Below, one piece after another: positions 27,202 through 40,374 of a DNA stretch of 64,000 bases. Each line of letters starts with the position of its first letter. The first letter of the stretch is position 1. The translations under genes were made by a program, and so were the position numbers. Below the pieces are notes generated by a model, which worked only from the letters and a program-made list of their open reading frames with translations, ran no database searches and was not told the DNA's origin. The DNA is from Octopus sinensis (lineage: Eukaryota): the NCBI RefSeq assembly GCF_006345805.1, contig NC_043003.1, positions 1,426,001 through 1,490,000 on the forward strand, read 5' to 3'.

Positions 27202-27409
27202 TGTGTGTATACATATATCTGTTATATACACGTGAGCGCACACGTTCATATCTATATATATAGTCTAATTCATAAGAATTTTAAAATGTTAACGTTTCCG
27301 CCAGCCCCTCGCCGCCTATAACGTGTAAATATTAGGTCAAAAACCCCCTCGGTTGGAAAAAACCGAATGCTTCACGTATAGAAATCCATAAATATGTTTT
27401 ATGCCTTCA

Positions 27410-28160
27410 AAGATCCAATGGATGTATCACAGTAACTACTTTGAGTGTGTGATTGTATATTTTCTTCTCATATCTTTCTAATGAATGTAAGCATCGCGTC
27501 CTCTTTGATGCCACCACAGTGCAGAATACCTGCTTTAGTGTGCCGTTCTCCTTTACTGCTACTATTGAAAACTCCCTCACTTTTCAGTCATTCTCTTTCC
27601 ATTTTCTGTGTCTGCATGTGTGTGTGTGTGTCTGTGCGCGCATGTGTGCGTGTGCGTTAATTTAAGCATGAATTGAATGGATACCAGTTCGAATTATAGT
27701 CATGACTAAATGAAATTTTTTTAAAGATAGAATTCACGGTAAATGATGTTTTCCCCACTAATACCAGAGAAGGAGGTCTACCACATGCACATAATTTGAT
27801 TTGGCTGGAAATGAGATTCTTTCTAATCAAATTCTTTCCATCATAGCTGTAGAACTTCCAATCTAATGCCGGAAAGAAAGAGTTCTTCAGTATTGTTAAA
27901 TGTCAGAGGTTCGTGGTCTCTGAAGTGTCCACAGCAAAAATCACCGTTGCATTGTCGACGTAAAATGTACCAATTTCCAAGATCTTTTATCAGAGACTCA
28001 AACAGAGTAGGTTAGATATGTGTGTGTGTGTATATGTATGTATGTATGTATGTATCCATGTATGTGTGTATGTATGTAAGTATGTATGTATGTATTTACG
28101 CATGTATGTATGTATGTATGTATGTATGTATGTATGTATGCATGCATGCATGCATGTATG

Positions 28161-28192
<32 letters not shown>

Positions 28193-28480
28193 TGTATGTA
28201 TGTATGTATGTATGTATAGCCTTTCCTCACTAGGTGTCTCTTGGTTTTTGATATCTCTGTTGTATTGGATACTGTGGCTGGCCATAGCCGAAAAAGCGAA
28301 AACGCTCAATGTTCTATGATGGAATGAAATCATATGTCCGCGTGGGTGGTAACGCACTGGCCACCTACTGCAAGAGGTGCCCATCTTTGCCACATCTTTG
28401 AGTGTGCAAAAGAGTGTAGGTGTTCAGCAGGACAGAAAAGCTACATCCATGTTGTTTTAAGAGATCAAGCAATATCTTTG
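27410..28480 (+). mobile_element. Fossil Helitron Rep (HUH) fragments interrupted by microsatellites
   Basis: GLPHAHNLIWL..SIIAVELP..CIVDVKCTNF (~27765-27990) matches the Rep motif GLPHAHILIWL..IISAELP. WVV..DQA (28340-28460) resembles DNRWVVPY..KG.DQA. Many stops and frameshifts. Confidence 0.6.
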
Positions 28481-29304
28481 CTCGAAATTGAGTTGCAGCC
28501 ATCATGTATGTATGTATGTATGTATGTATGTATGTATGTATGTATGTATGTATGTATGTATGTATGTATGTATGTATTTACGCAAGTATGTATGTATGTA
28601 TTTACGTATGTATGTATGTATGTGTATGTATGTATGTATGTATGTATGTTTGTATGTGTGTGTGTATGTATGTATGTATGTATGCATGCATGTATGCATG
28701 TCTATGTTTATATGTGTGTATATGTGAAAAGAGTTGTAATTTGTTTAAATCACGACTGAATATAAAAACCAGTGCTTTAAGAAATAGTTTTCCCAATGCA
28801 GTGGAATAAAGATGAAATATATAAAGCTAACAGAGACATGTTTACCTTAAATCATTTAATAATCCGATGTTTCGTGCTAATACGACCTTTTCCATTGAGT
28901 GAGGGAAATAGAAGAATACGTCTAACTTCGCCAGAATTTCAAGTATATATTACATAACACTATAGTTGCGTGTGTGTGTGCATATCATATCACACATGGG
29001 TGTGTGCACACGCATACACACACACACACATACACACACACACACACACACATACACACACACATGTCCCCCAGATTGCATCTGGTGGCGAGGCTCCAGT
29101 GCGGGAGTTCTGAAGTTGTATGGAACGTGGAGTAATTCCTTAATTACCATTACTTCCGAAACGGTAGTATCTCTAAGGGTCCCGTCTATGGACTAAAAAG
29201 ATTTCCCAGGAGTAGAGGAGGCTCACATCCTTTTTGGCAAATCCGTGGTAAAGGCAGCTCTTTTAGGAGAATGATAGTTTGACATATAACTTACAGTCAA
29301 GACA

Positions 29305-30566
29305 TCAGGTTGGGTAAAAAGTAAATCTTTGAACCATAAAAATACCAAATTTTTGCAGAGTTTTGAATTTTTAAAACATTTTTTTCCTTTTGCAATTGTC
29401 TGATAATACAGACATAGACTTGCCCAAATGCATCAATAAATTAACATTGATATTTTTTTTCACCGTTGTTACAATCATCTGAAATGGAACTGTCAAAGTG
29501 CGATATTCAAACAATTTTGCTATTCAACATCAAAAAAGGACGTAAAGCAGCTGAAACTGGTCGCAGTACCAACGAAACGTTTTGGTTGGGAAATGACCAG
29601 TGAGTGGTCAGCTCGAAAATGGTTTAAACGATTTCGCAGTGGAGACCTGAGCCTTGAAGATCGTGAGCGGAGTGGATGCCCATCTGTTATCAATGACGGT
29701 CAATTAAAGACCGCCATTGAGAAAGATCCGCGTAAAACCACTCGAGGACTGGTAAAAGAACTTCAAGTTAGCCAGAAAGCTGCCTGCAACCATTTGCATG
29801 GGATCGGAAAAAGAAAAAAGCTCGACAAATGGGTACCACTCGATTTGAATAAAAATCAGAAAATGCGCAGATATGAAATTTGCTCGTCGCTTCTTCTCCG
29901 TAACCGGACCGATCCATTTCTCGACCGTATTGTAAATTGCGATGAAAAGTGGATTCTGTACAATAATAAAAAGCGTTCTTCGCATTGGTTGGACCAAAAT
30001 GAAGCACCGAAAGCCTTTCCTAAACCAGAGCTCTTCAAAAGATTATGGTGACTGTTTGGTGGTGTCCTGCTGGACTCATCCACTATAACTACATAAAACC
30101 CGGAAAAACCATAACTACATAAACATATTCCCATGAAATTGCCAAAATGAATGAAACACTGTTAATCCTCTGTCCCAAACTGGTCAACAGAAGAGGGCCA
30201 GTCATTCTTCATGACAATGCTCGACCACACGTTTCACTTATGATGCTCCAGAAGTTGAGGGAACTTGGCTACGAAGTTCTTCCCTGCCCAGCCTATTCTG
30301 CAGACCTTTCTCCTACCGACTACCACTTTTTGAAGCACCTTGGTGGTTTTCTGCAAGAGAAGGAGTTCAGAAATCAAACCGATGCTGCAAGCGCGTTCAA
30401 AGAGTCCATCAGTTCCAGAACTCCAGATTTTTATGTTACCGGAATAAACAAACTTATAACTCGTTGGCAAAAATGTGTTGATTGTAATGCTACTTACTTT
30501 AACTGTTGAAATATATTGTAATGAATTTCATGTTTGAAAACGTTGCTTACTTTTTACTCAGCCTGA
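29305..30566 (+). mobile_element. Near full-length mariner (D,D34D) transposon with pseudogenised transposase
   Basis: Imperfect TIRs tcaggttgggtaaaaagtaa / ttactttttactcagcctga, with TA at the right end. ATG at 29484; motifs WVP, CDEKW, HDNARPH, YSADLSPTDY with 34 residues between the last two Asp. Frameshifts near 29580 and 30040 and a TAA at 30120. Confidence 0.9.
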
Positions 30567-32002
30567 TAGAACCAGTCGCCTTGCAATGCTGGTCACTGGG
30601 AACAATGATGGCGACTGAAAGAGTAACAAAATTATTGTGCAAGCTTTTGTCACTTTAATCCAATGACTCACAGGTATCTCACTGTCGTTTCTTGATCCGT
30701 TTGTATTTTATAAATTCCTATAACGACAGATAGAAGTTAACCACGGCAGAATTTGAACTCAGAGTGTCGAGCATTGGAACAAATCCGGCAAGAGATTCTA
30801 TCCAACACCCTTAACACATTCACAATTCGCTACCTTAATTGTAATTTGTCAACTATCAAAATTTTATTTAGTTTCCAAGATTCCATTCTCGTTATTTACA
30901 TTTCAAATCTTCGAGAAAGTAAAGAAGCTTCTGCGAGGCCCATTGATTTACAAGAAACAATAGCTAAATCTCCCTCAAAATATTTCCTACAGAAAGAAAC
31001 ACTAGAAGAATACCATTCTACATACCCATAACGCAGTAGAATTGTCTTGTATTCTGTATTTACCAATGCCACTATCAGCTAAATTGAATGAAAGCTTCAA
31101 ATAAAGCCAGAAACAGTTTTCACGCTTCGGAAGTTAATCACCAGCCATTTTGATGTCAGGCGCTTTTTTTTTTTTTTACAAATCCTAAAGCCATTTTTAT
31201 TTATTTATTCATTTTTAAATCTATTTATTTATTCCTTCATTTCGTGGAGGATCGTCGTCCACTGGTTTACATATATTACACGCAACTAGCGATGAATACG
31301 TCCAAGGTAAAAAAAAAAAAAGAAAAGAGATGTTGTTGGTATTTGAATTCAGAAAGAATGAGATTAAATGCTGCTAGACATTTACTTTGACACTCTACCG
31401 TTTCCATTAATATCCATTTTTTTTTCTTTTTCTTGAGTCCTGAGACATTTAAGGCCGGTTACCTGGTTTCCATGGTGCATAAGTGCCGAGATTATAACAT
31501 TACACCTGAATGGGACGCCGGTCCGTTGCAGGATTCAATTTTTGAGGGGAGGGGGACAAGTCGATGACACCGACTCCAGTACCTAACTGGTACCTTATTT
31601 TATTGATCCTTAAGGGACGAAAAGCAAGGTTGACCTCTGTGGGATTCGAGCTCTGATCATAAAGATCCGGAGGAAATGCCGCCAACCAATTTGTTTAACG
31701 TCCTGGCGATTCTACCAGGTCGCTGCATTATTAACTTATATTTCAAGTTTGTAGCGCTCAGTCAATATTAAACATCAATATGAATACTTTTAAAAACAAA
31801 AGTTTTTGTGTTGTTTTTTTTTATGTTAGAGTTTGAAAATCTTGCTTTTAACAATTAATATCTCGCGAGGAGGTCCCCGGGAGAGCGATTTTACAAAGGG
31901 AGGTAATTATCTCCTCACATTGAGATAGGATTGGAAATTTGAATCTGAAAGCAAGGAACATGAAGAGTAAACATGTGTGTGTGTGCGTCATGCCTACTAA
32001 AT

Positions 32003-32035
32003 TTATTACTATTATTATTATTATTATTATTATTA

Positions 32036-32075
<40 letters not shown>

Positions 32076-32092
32076 CATTATTATTATTATTA

Positions 32093-32123
<31 letters not shown>

Positions 32124-32148
32124 CATTTATTATTATTATTATTATTAT

Positions 32149-32182
<34 letters not shown>

Positions 32183-32423
32183 CATTATTATTATTATCAT
32201 TATTATTATTATTATATCATTTATTATTATTCATTATATTATTATTATTATTATTAATTATTATATTATATATTATCATTATTATATTATTATCATTATT
32301 ATTATTATATTATTATTATTATTATTATCATTATTATTATTATTATTATATTATTATTATTATTATTATTATTATCATTATATTATTATATTATTATTAT
32401 TATTATTCATTATTATTATTATA

Positions 32424-32490
<67 letters not shown>

Positions 32491-32556
32491 CATTATTATT
32501 ATTATTATTATATCATTATTATTATCATTATTATTATTATTATTATATTATTATTA

Positions 32557-32611
<55 letters not shown>

Positions 32612-32849
32612 CATTATTATTATTATTATCATTATTATTATTATTATTATCATTATTATTATATTATTCATTATTATTATTATTATATTATTATTATTAT
32701 TATATCATTTTATTATTATTATATTATTATTATTATTATTATTATTATTATCATTATTATTATATTCATTATATTATTATTATTTTTTATTATTAGTATA
32801 TCATTATTATTATTATTATTATTATTAATCATCATCATTATTATTATCA

Positions 32850-32880
<31 letters not shown>

Positions 32881-32948
32881 ATTATTATCATTATATTATA
32901 TTATCATTATTATTATTATTATTAATATTATCATCATCATTATTATTA

Positions 32949-32980
<32 letters not shown>

Positions 32981-33064
32981 TTATATTATTATTATTATTA
33001 TCATTATTATTATATTATCTTATTATTATTATTATAATATTATCCTTATCATCATTATTATTAT

Positions 33065-33096
<32 letters not shown>

Positions 33097-33125
33097 ATTA
33101 TTATTATGATTATTTATTATTATTT
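32003..33125 (+). repeat. ~1.1-kb interrupted (ATT)n trinucleotide tract
   Basis: Continuous att/tat/cat repeats ending ~30 nt before the 33159 acceptor. Confidence 0.95.
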
Positions 33126-33158
33126 ATGCAATGTAATGATTGTGTTTTATTCTTTCAG

Positions 33159-34344
33159 GTGAAAGCAAACAAATACTCAAAGATTCCGAACTGGTTGAAG
33201 TCCAGCAGTCGACTTTGTCGGAAATGTCAACCTGGTTCCTATATGATTCGAAAATGCGATGTAAACCATGGAACTCTCTGTGCTCCGTGTCCAGCTCGGA
33301 CATTTACAGACCGCAGCAACAAAATGCACCACTGCACTCCATGTGGAACCTGCAATTCCAATCAAATGGTTGTAAGTCTTTGTACAAAACGCAAAGACAT
33401 CGTATGCAAGCGAGTCTACTCAGCCAAGAAATTCCATCTTCACAATTTGCGAGGTTTCCAAGGAGATCAACCAGTCGGTCAGCAAAAAATTATGGAACCA
33501 GGATCTGGAAGCATGTTAATGTCGGATTCTAACCTTTTCGATAGAACTTTCCAGAAAGCTCCCGGTAGAGATGCTAAATTTGAATTGGGGTCTCTACATA
33601 GTATTGAAAAAATCCCTGAAACCTCAGGTGACGACCAAATCAAACCGTCTCTGTTCATGAATGATCTCGATTTCGATAAAGCTCTCGACAATGACACAGC
33701 TTACCCTTCATCGCTGGATCCTAATTACAACGGAAAAAATCCTAACCCAGAGCAAGTGCCAGTGCATGCTATACCCAGCAAATTTGCCCAAGAAGAAGAC
33801 TTGATTCCTATAACCATTTCTACTAAAGACCGAAATGGGGTGTCATTTTCTTCTCAGAAATCTGGATTTACAACAAAAGCACCGTCTGAGAGACAAAAGA
33901 GAAAGGGAAAGAAAGAAAAGAAAGAAAAGAGAAAGAAGAAGAGAATACCAGAAGAAAGCAGTTCATTCGGCCGAACGAAGTCTATTAAAGAAGCTAAGAT
34001 GTTCAGATCATTGGAAGGGGATATTTTATCGACTGTGTATAAAGCTCCGGAGAAGGAAGGTGACATCAAAACGAAAATCGAAAGCGCCGCATTGACACCA
34101 GATCCGGAATCGGTGACAACTTCCTCGCCAGATATGGACAACGCAAACGTGACTCTTAAACCCGATACTGATCTTCCAAATGGTACCCAAGTTCCCGATA
34201 TGGAACCAGCAGAGACTGAACCAGAAATGAAGATTACCACGCCCAAAGAAACAAAAAGTGAAGATAAAGAATATAAAGTGCAACTAAATTCAGGAAAGGA
34301 AGAACCGTCAGTTCGGACCGATACTGAAACTTCTACAGTGAAAG
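33159..34344 (+). CDS. TNF receptor superfamily-like protein, large internal exon: TNFR cysteine-rich domains plus long S/T/P/E-rich stalk
   Basis: Acceptor ttattctttcag|GTG (phase 0) and donor AAAG|gtttgt (phase 1). Open for 395 codons. CRKCQPGSYMIRKCDVNHGTLCAPCPARTFTDRSNKMHHCTPCGTCNSNQMVVSLCTKRKDIVC has TNFR CRD cysteine spacing (CxxCxxG..C..CxxCxxxTF..CxxCxxC..C..D.VC). Confidence 0.85.
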
Positions 34345-34370
34345 GTTTGTCGATTTTTGGTACTTGTATG

Positions 34371-34420
<50 letters not shown>

Positions 34421-34435
34421 TAAAAGTATGAGTGT

Positions 34436-34480
<45 letters not shown>

Positions 34481-34593
34481 TATATATTAATATATATACA
34501 TCTATAATATTAATAATAAAAGGATAAAATTAATTAATAATCAATCAATCAATTAATAATTTTACCAAGTAGATCGGTACGTTAAAATAACCT

Positions 34594-35099
34594 TTATAGG
34601 TAAAATTATACAAATATTCTATAATTATATGCATAATTATAATTAGGGTTCAGCTAATTGCTTCACCACATACCCAAATTAGAAATAGAAGTTAAAAGTT
34701 CCTTTCAACTAACGTAAGAATCTCCCAGATAGTAACACACTTTCTCACGTAGGCAAAAAGAAAAATAATGAATCCACACGACTCCGATTAGCCACAGACG
34801 CGTTTCGAGATTAAAGTATATTTACTTACTTCTCATCGTCAGCGTAGCATTCCGAATATAAAATTTGAAAGTGCTAGGGTTAAATATGTACGCGATCGAG
34901 CGTCATCGCGCAATAGATATCCAACCAACACTTCCAAAATTTTCCTTTTTGCCTACGTAAAAAAAGGGTGTCACTGTCTGGGAGATTCTTACGGTAGTAG
35001 AAAGGGAGTTTTTATTTCTAAATTCGGTATGTGGTGAAGAAATTAGCTGACCCCTAATTATAATCATATTTATAATTATAGAATATTTGTACACCTATA
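34594..35099. mobile_element. Inverted-repeat element with ~170-bp imperfect arms enclosing a hammerhead
   Basis: Left arm tataggtaaa...cacgtaggcaaaaagaaaa is the reverse complement of right arm tttcctttttgcctacgt...gtacacctata. Confidence 0.75.
34791..34848 (-). ncRNA. Type I hammerhead ribozyme, intact, with palindromic minimal helix III
   Basis: Minus strand: gcuacg-CUGACGA-u-GAGA...UCUC-GAAAC-gc-GUC-uguggc. 6-bp helix I (two G-U pairs), helix II GAGA/UCUC plus inner AGUA/UACU, and the ACGCGU palindrome typical of dimerising metazoan hammerheads. Confidence 0.8.
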
Positions 35100-35119
35100 T
35101 ATATATATATATATATATA

Positions 35120-35464
35120 TAGTGTAGGAAGAAATGGAGCTGAACGAAGATTTAACAAAATTCCTTTTTTTATTATTTTCTACATATGTTTCAAAGGCTG
35201 CAAGTCCCTAATTCGGATTGAATAAGGAGTCCATTTTGCAGCCTTCTCTTCAGGAAAATCCAATCCAGAACTTAATTCTCCAACAAAATGCTTGCTGTGC
35301 ATTTTGTTGGAGAATTAAGTTCCTGGATTTTCCTGAAGAGAAGGCTGCAAAATGGACTCCTTATTCAATCCGAATTAGGGACTTTGCAGCCTTTGAAACA
35401 TATGTAGAAAATAATAAAAGGAATTTTGTTAAATCTTCGTTCAGCTCCATTTCTTCCTACACTA
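35120..35464. repeat. Near-perfect foldback palindrome (~170-bp arms, 7-nt loop), probable MITE
   Basis: tagtgtaggaagaaatggagctgaacg...caacaaaatgc[ttgctgt]gcattttgttg...cgttcagctccatttcttcctacacta. Arms differ only by three small indels; the left end abuts a (TA)n tract. Confidence 0.9.
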
Positions 35465-35581
35465 AATATATAAAACTTCAAATTTCCGCACTAAGGCACG
35501 GATTTTAGACCCCCATGGTCGTAACCTCAACCGTGCTTTTTCTGTTGTGATTTTTGCTACCCAGGTAGGTAGGTAGATAGG

Positions 35582-35612
<31 letters not shown>

Positions 35613-35629
35613 GTAGATAGGTAGATAGG

Positions 35630-35707
<78 letters not shown>

Positions 35708-36251
35708 TAGATTTAGATATAGATATAGATATATATAGATATATATTTACGCATATGTGTGTGTGTGTATGTATTTATCTATGCATACGTGCATTTGTGT
35801 GATTTGTGTGCGTAGTATATATCGATATATATAGAAGAGAGGGAGAGAAAGAGATAGAGTAAGAGAGAAAGCCAGAGAGAGACAAGGAGAAATTATATGT
35901 GAGAAAGACTAGAACGCATACATTTCTGGTGAATTAGTGAGAAATTGCAGATGCGACAGCCGGGCGATAACTTTCGATTTCTATCTATAATCATTGGGTT
36001 ATGTAACTGCCTGCCACAGCGCAAAACTCGAGAAGCCGTTGAGCTTCACAAAACCAGAAGAAAAAAATCACGGATAACTGGGAAAACATATTTACAGTCC
36101 ATTAAGGAAACTGTAAAAATATCTCAAATGTTCCAGATGTCATATTTGCATGATGTACACACATACACCAATATAGGTAGGCAAGCATATATATACTCAC
36201 ACATACAGCTTTTTTGTATATTATATCGTGCGTGTATGTATTTATATATAT

Positions 36252-36283
<32 letters not shown>

Positions 36284-38227
36284 ACACACACACACACATA
36301 TATATACTATTATAATATATATATATATATAATATATATAATATATATATATATACATACACACACACACACATATATATATACTGTATATATATATATA
36401 CATACACACACACACATATATATATTTATATCTTGCAGTGATATCATGTCACATCTGATGACGTGCTGGTACATAGTTGCTGCTACATCATATTTATTTA
36501 TGAAATTATATATATGATAATTTTTGTAATAGTATGATTTGCATAACTTGGCAACAAACAGCTGTTACCATTGCACAGAAACAATTGTTGTGCTTTGTGA
36601 TTAAAGCCCGTTCATCCCCATCTTCTTATCTTATCTTTTATATATATATATTATATATATATATATATAATAATATAATATATATATATATGTATATATA
36701 ATCAAAAAAGGGTAATAACATATAGATTACTACCAGTGGCCCAGCACAAAAGACGAATTAGTCATTAGACAAAATATTATTCATATAGAAAATATTATTC
36801 ATATAGAATTAATTAAGGGCTCCCAAATAAGGAAGCTTAGTGCTAGAGACACAAAGAGGGATAAATTCCTGGAGAGAATGAAATTCAAAAACATTTACCA
36901 TTAACGATATATCTCGAACTGATCAGTTTCTACCTCTTTCTAGCAAAACAGACAGAATATGTTTGCTAAGGCCGAATCCATCAGCGAGACGCCTTTGTTA
37001 AATTGAGATGCACTCGAGATGCATATATATATATATGTACGTCAGTTAGTGTACTGATGTGTTGAGTGAGTAAAGCACTGGCATATGTGAAAACTATGAA
37101 TCATGAGCGTTGGGTTCAGGTACCGAAAGGAGAAGTGGCAAATAAAGAGAGAAAGATCGAAGATGAGGGCCTCCAAACGGAGCTGAGCCAATCTATTAAG
37201 AATTTGATGTTTATATGAATTGTCGGTTGAGAGTTCAAATTTTAAAAATTCAGGGGTAAATAAATTTGGAAAATATTAATAGATAAGATAAATATACAAA
37301 TCCATCCACGGCCATTTCAGGGGTCCATTAAATGTATAAATGGCGTTTTAAGTATTCATCCCATTTACAAAATCATAATGCCATGCTGGAGCTCCGCCTT
37401 TAGTCGAGCAAATCGACCCCAGGACTTATTCTTTGTAAGCCTAGTACTTATTCTACCGCTAAGTGACGGGGACATAAACACACCAGCATCGGTTGTCAAG
37501 CGATGTTGGGGGGACAAACACAGACACACAAACACACATACATATATACATAAACATATATACGACGGGCTTCTTTCAGTTTCCGTCTACCAAATCCACT
37601 CGCAAGGCTTTGGTCAGCCTGAGGCTATAAAAGACACTTGCCCAAGGTGCCACGCAGTGGGACTGAACCCGGAACCATGTGGTTGGTAAGCAAGCTACTT
37701 ACCACACAGCCACTCCAGGTTTGGGATCTGGCCCGAACATTCACCTAAAACTTTATTTTTGTTGCCGTGTCAAAGAACAATGCCCTTGTCCTTATATCGA
37801 CCCCGGCGCTCAATTGGTACTTATTTTATCGATCTTGAGTAGATGAAAGGCAAAGTCGACCTCGGCAGGGTTCGAACTCAGAACGTAAAGACGGACGAAA
37901 TGCTATTTAGCATTTTTCCCGGCGTACTGACGATTCTTCTAGCTCACCGCCTTCATAAATATAGAACGTATTTCTTTATTACCCACATGGGGCTAAACAC
38001 AGAGGGGACAAACAAGGACAGACATAGGTATTAAGTCGTGATCATCGACCCCAGTGCGTAACTGTACTTAATTAATCGACCCGAAGGATAAAGAAAAAGT
38101 CGACCTCGGCGGAATTTGAACTCAATCAAACGTAACGCAGAGAAATACGGCTACGCAATTCGTCCGACGTGCTAACGTTTCTGCCAGCTCGCTATAACGA
38201 AGACCATCGGGGTATGTTGGAAGGATG

Positions 38228-38272
38228 CTTGAGGGCCGCATGTGGCCCTGTGAGCTGCTGTTGAGAACCGCT
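38228..38272 (-). mobile_element. hAT (Charlie-like) terminal fragment
   Basis: Reverse complement cagcggttctcaac...gggccacatgcggccc resembles hAT MITE ends. Confidence 0.45.
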
Positions 38273-38586
38273 GTTTTAGACAGAAACCTCGTCCAACAAT
38301 GAATGTTCAGAGAACCATCATGCACTTTCACAGACATCTTTGAGGACAGGCATAAAAACCAAACCAATATGAATCACAATTTATTACCAGTTGCTCTTTT
38401 ATTTATTCTGCTTATTTCTTTAATTGGCAGTAATTACTGCATGTTAATCATTGTTAATTATTGTTAATCTTTTGAGGGGGGGTCTTTTCAGGAAAGAATT
38501 AATGATAAATTATTCCCTAACTACACACAAACGGTTCAATTATAGGCACATTACCCTACTGTAGTTCTATATTAATATTTCTAGAA

Positions 38587-39416
38587 TTATGAAGGCGGTT
38601 GGCTCAAAGAATCCTCAGCAGGCCGGGGAAAATGCTTAGCACCATTTCGTCCGTCTTTACACTCTGAGTTCGAACCCTGCCCAGGTCGACTTTGCCTTTC
38701 ATCTTCTCAAGATCGATAAAATAAGTGCCAATTGAGCACCGAGGTCGATATAATAGACTTGACCCCACCTCAATAATTGCTGACCTTGTGCCAAAAATTG
38801 AAATTAATAATTCTAGAATTATGCACGCAGCGAGAGATGGCAGAATCCTCAGCACGCCAAGCAAAATGCTTAGCAGCATTTCGTCCGTCTTTACATTCTG
38901 AGTTCGAACCCTGCCCAGGTCGACTTTGCCTTTCATCCTTTCAGGATGGTGAGCTTGCGAAATGGTTAACACACCGGACAGCATGGTCGGCGGCGTTTCT
39001 CCTGGTTTAACGTTCTGAGCTCAAATTCTATAGGGATCGACTTCAGCTTTCATTCTTTCGGGATCGATAAAATAAGAACCGCACAAGTACTGGGACGGTG
39101 TGATCGACAGTCCCCCCCCCCCGCCCGTCCCACAACATTTCAGGCCTTTCAAGAAGAAAGAATTATTAGAAAGTCTCCTCATTGACAGAATTGGGAAAGC
39201 GACGGGGAAAGATAGCTTTGCAGTATCTGTTCAGGGGCCTAACGTTCTGAGTTCAAATCCCGCCGAGGTCAACTTTGCCTGTCATCCTTTCTCTTCGATG
39301 AAATAAAGTACCAGTAAATTACTGGGGTCGTTTACTCCCTAACTCCATCCTCCTAAAGCAAATTGCTGGCCTAGTGCCGAAGTTAGAAGAACTATTATTA
39401 ACATTAAGTAATAGTA

Positions 39417-39448
<32 letters not shown>

Positions 39449-40329
39449 AGTAGTAGTAGTAGTAGTAAGATGTTGTTGTTTATCATTACAGTTGAGGGTC
39501 ACATGACGAGCTGGCAGAATCGTTACCTCGCGAAACAAAATTCTTTGCTGCATTTCGTGCGTCTTTATGTTCTGAGTTCAAATTCCACCGAGGTCGACTT
39601 AGCCTTTCGTCGTTTCGTAGTCGATAAAATAAGTACCAGTGATGCACTGGGGTTGATGTAATCGACTATCCCCTCCCCTGAAATTGCTGGCCTTGTGCCA
39701 AAATTTGAAACCATTATTACAGCAGAGGGTAAGGCGACGAGCTGATAGAGTCATTAGCACACCGGACGAAATGCTTGGCGGCATTTCGTCCGTCTTTACG
39801 TTCTAACTTCAAAATCCACCGAGGTCTGCTTTGCCTTTCATCCTTTCAGGATGGTGAGCTTGCGAAATGGTAACACACCGGACAGCATGGTCGGCGGCGT
39901 TTCTCTGGTTTAACGTTCTGAGCTCAAATTCTATAGGGATCGACTTCAGCTTTCATTCTTCGGGATCGATAAAATAAGAACCGCACAAGTACTGGGACGG
40001 TGTGATCGACAGTCCCCCCCCCCCGCCGTCCCACAACATTTCAGGCCTTTCAAGAAGAAAGAATTATTAGAAAGTCTCCTCATTGACAGAATTGGGAAAG
40101 CGACGGGGAAAGATAGCTTTGCAGTATCTGTTCAGGGGCCTAACGTTCTGAGTTCAAATCCCGCCGAGGTCAACTTTGCCTGTCATCCTTTCTCGGTCGA
40201 TGAAATAAAGTACCAGTAAATTACTGGGGTCGGTTTACTCGCCTAACTCCATCCTCCTAAAGCAAATTGCTGGCCTAGTGCCGAAGTTAGAAAGAACTAT
40301 TATTAACATTAGTAATAGTAGTAGTAGTA

Positions 40330-40374
<45 letters not shown>

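Noticed and set aside
28253-28319. Hydrophobic VSWFLISLLYWILWLAIA after an AG, as the missing TNFR signal-peptide exon
   Set aside because: No ATG, only a weak donor, and it lies within collinear Helitron fossil sequence.
31939-32796. Long ORFs rich in I/Y/L, V/C, H/T or R in the ORF track (also 13715-14378, 16399-17475, 45068-47078 and others)
   Set aside because: They are translations of microsatellites.
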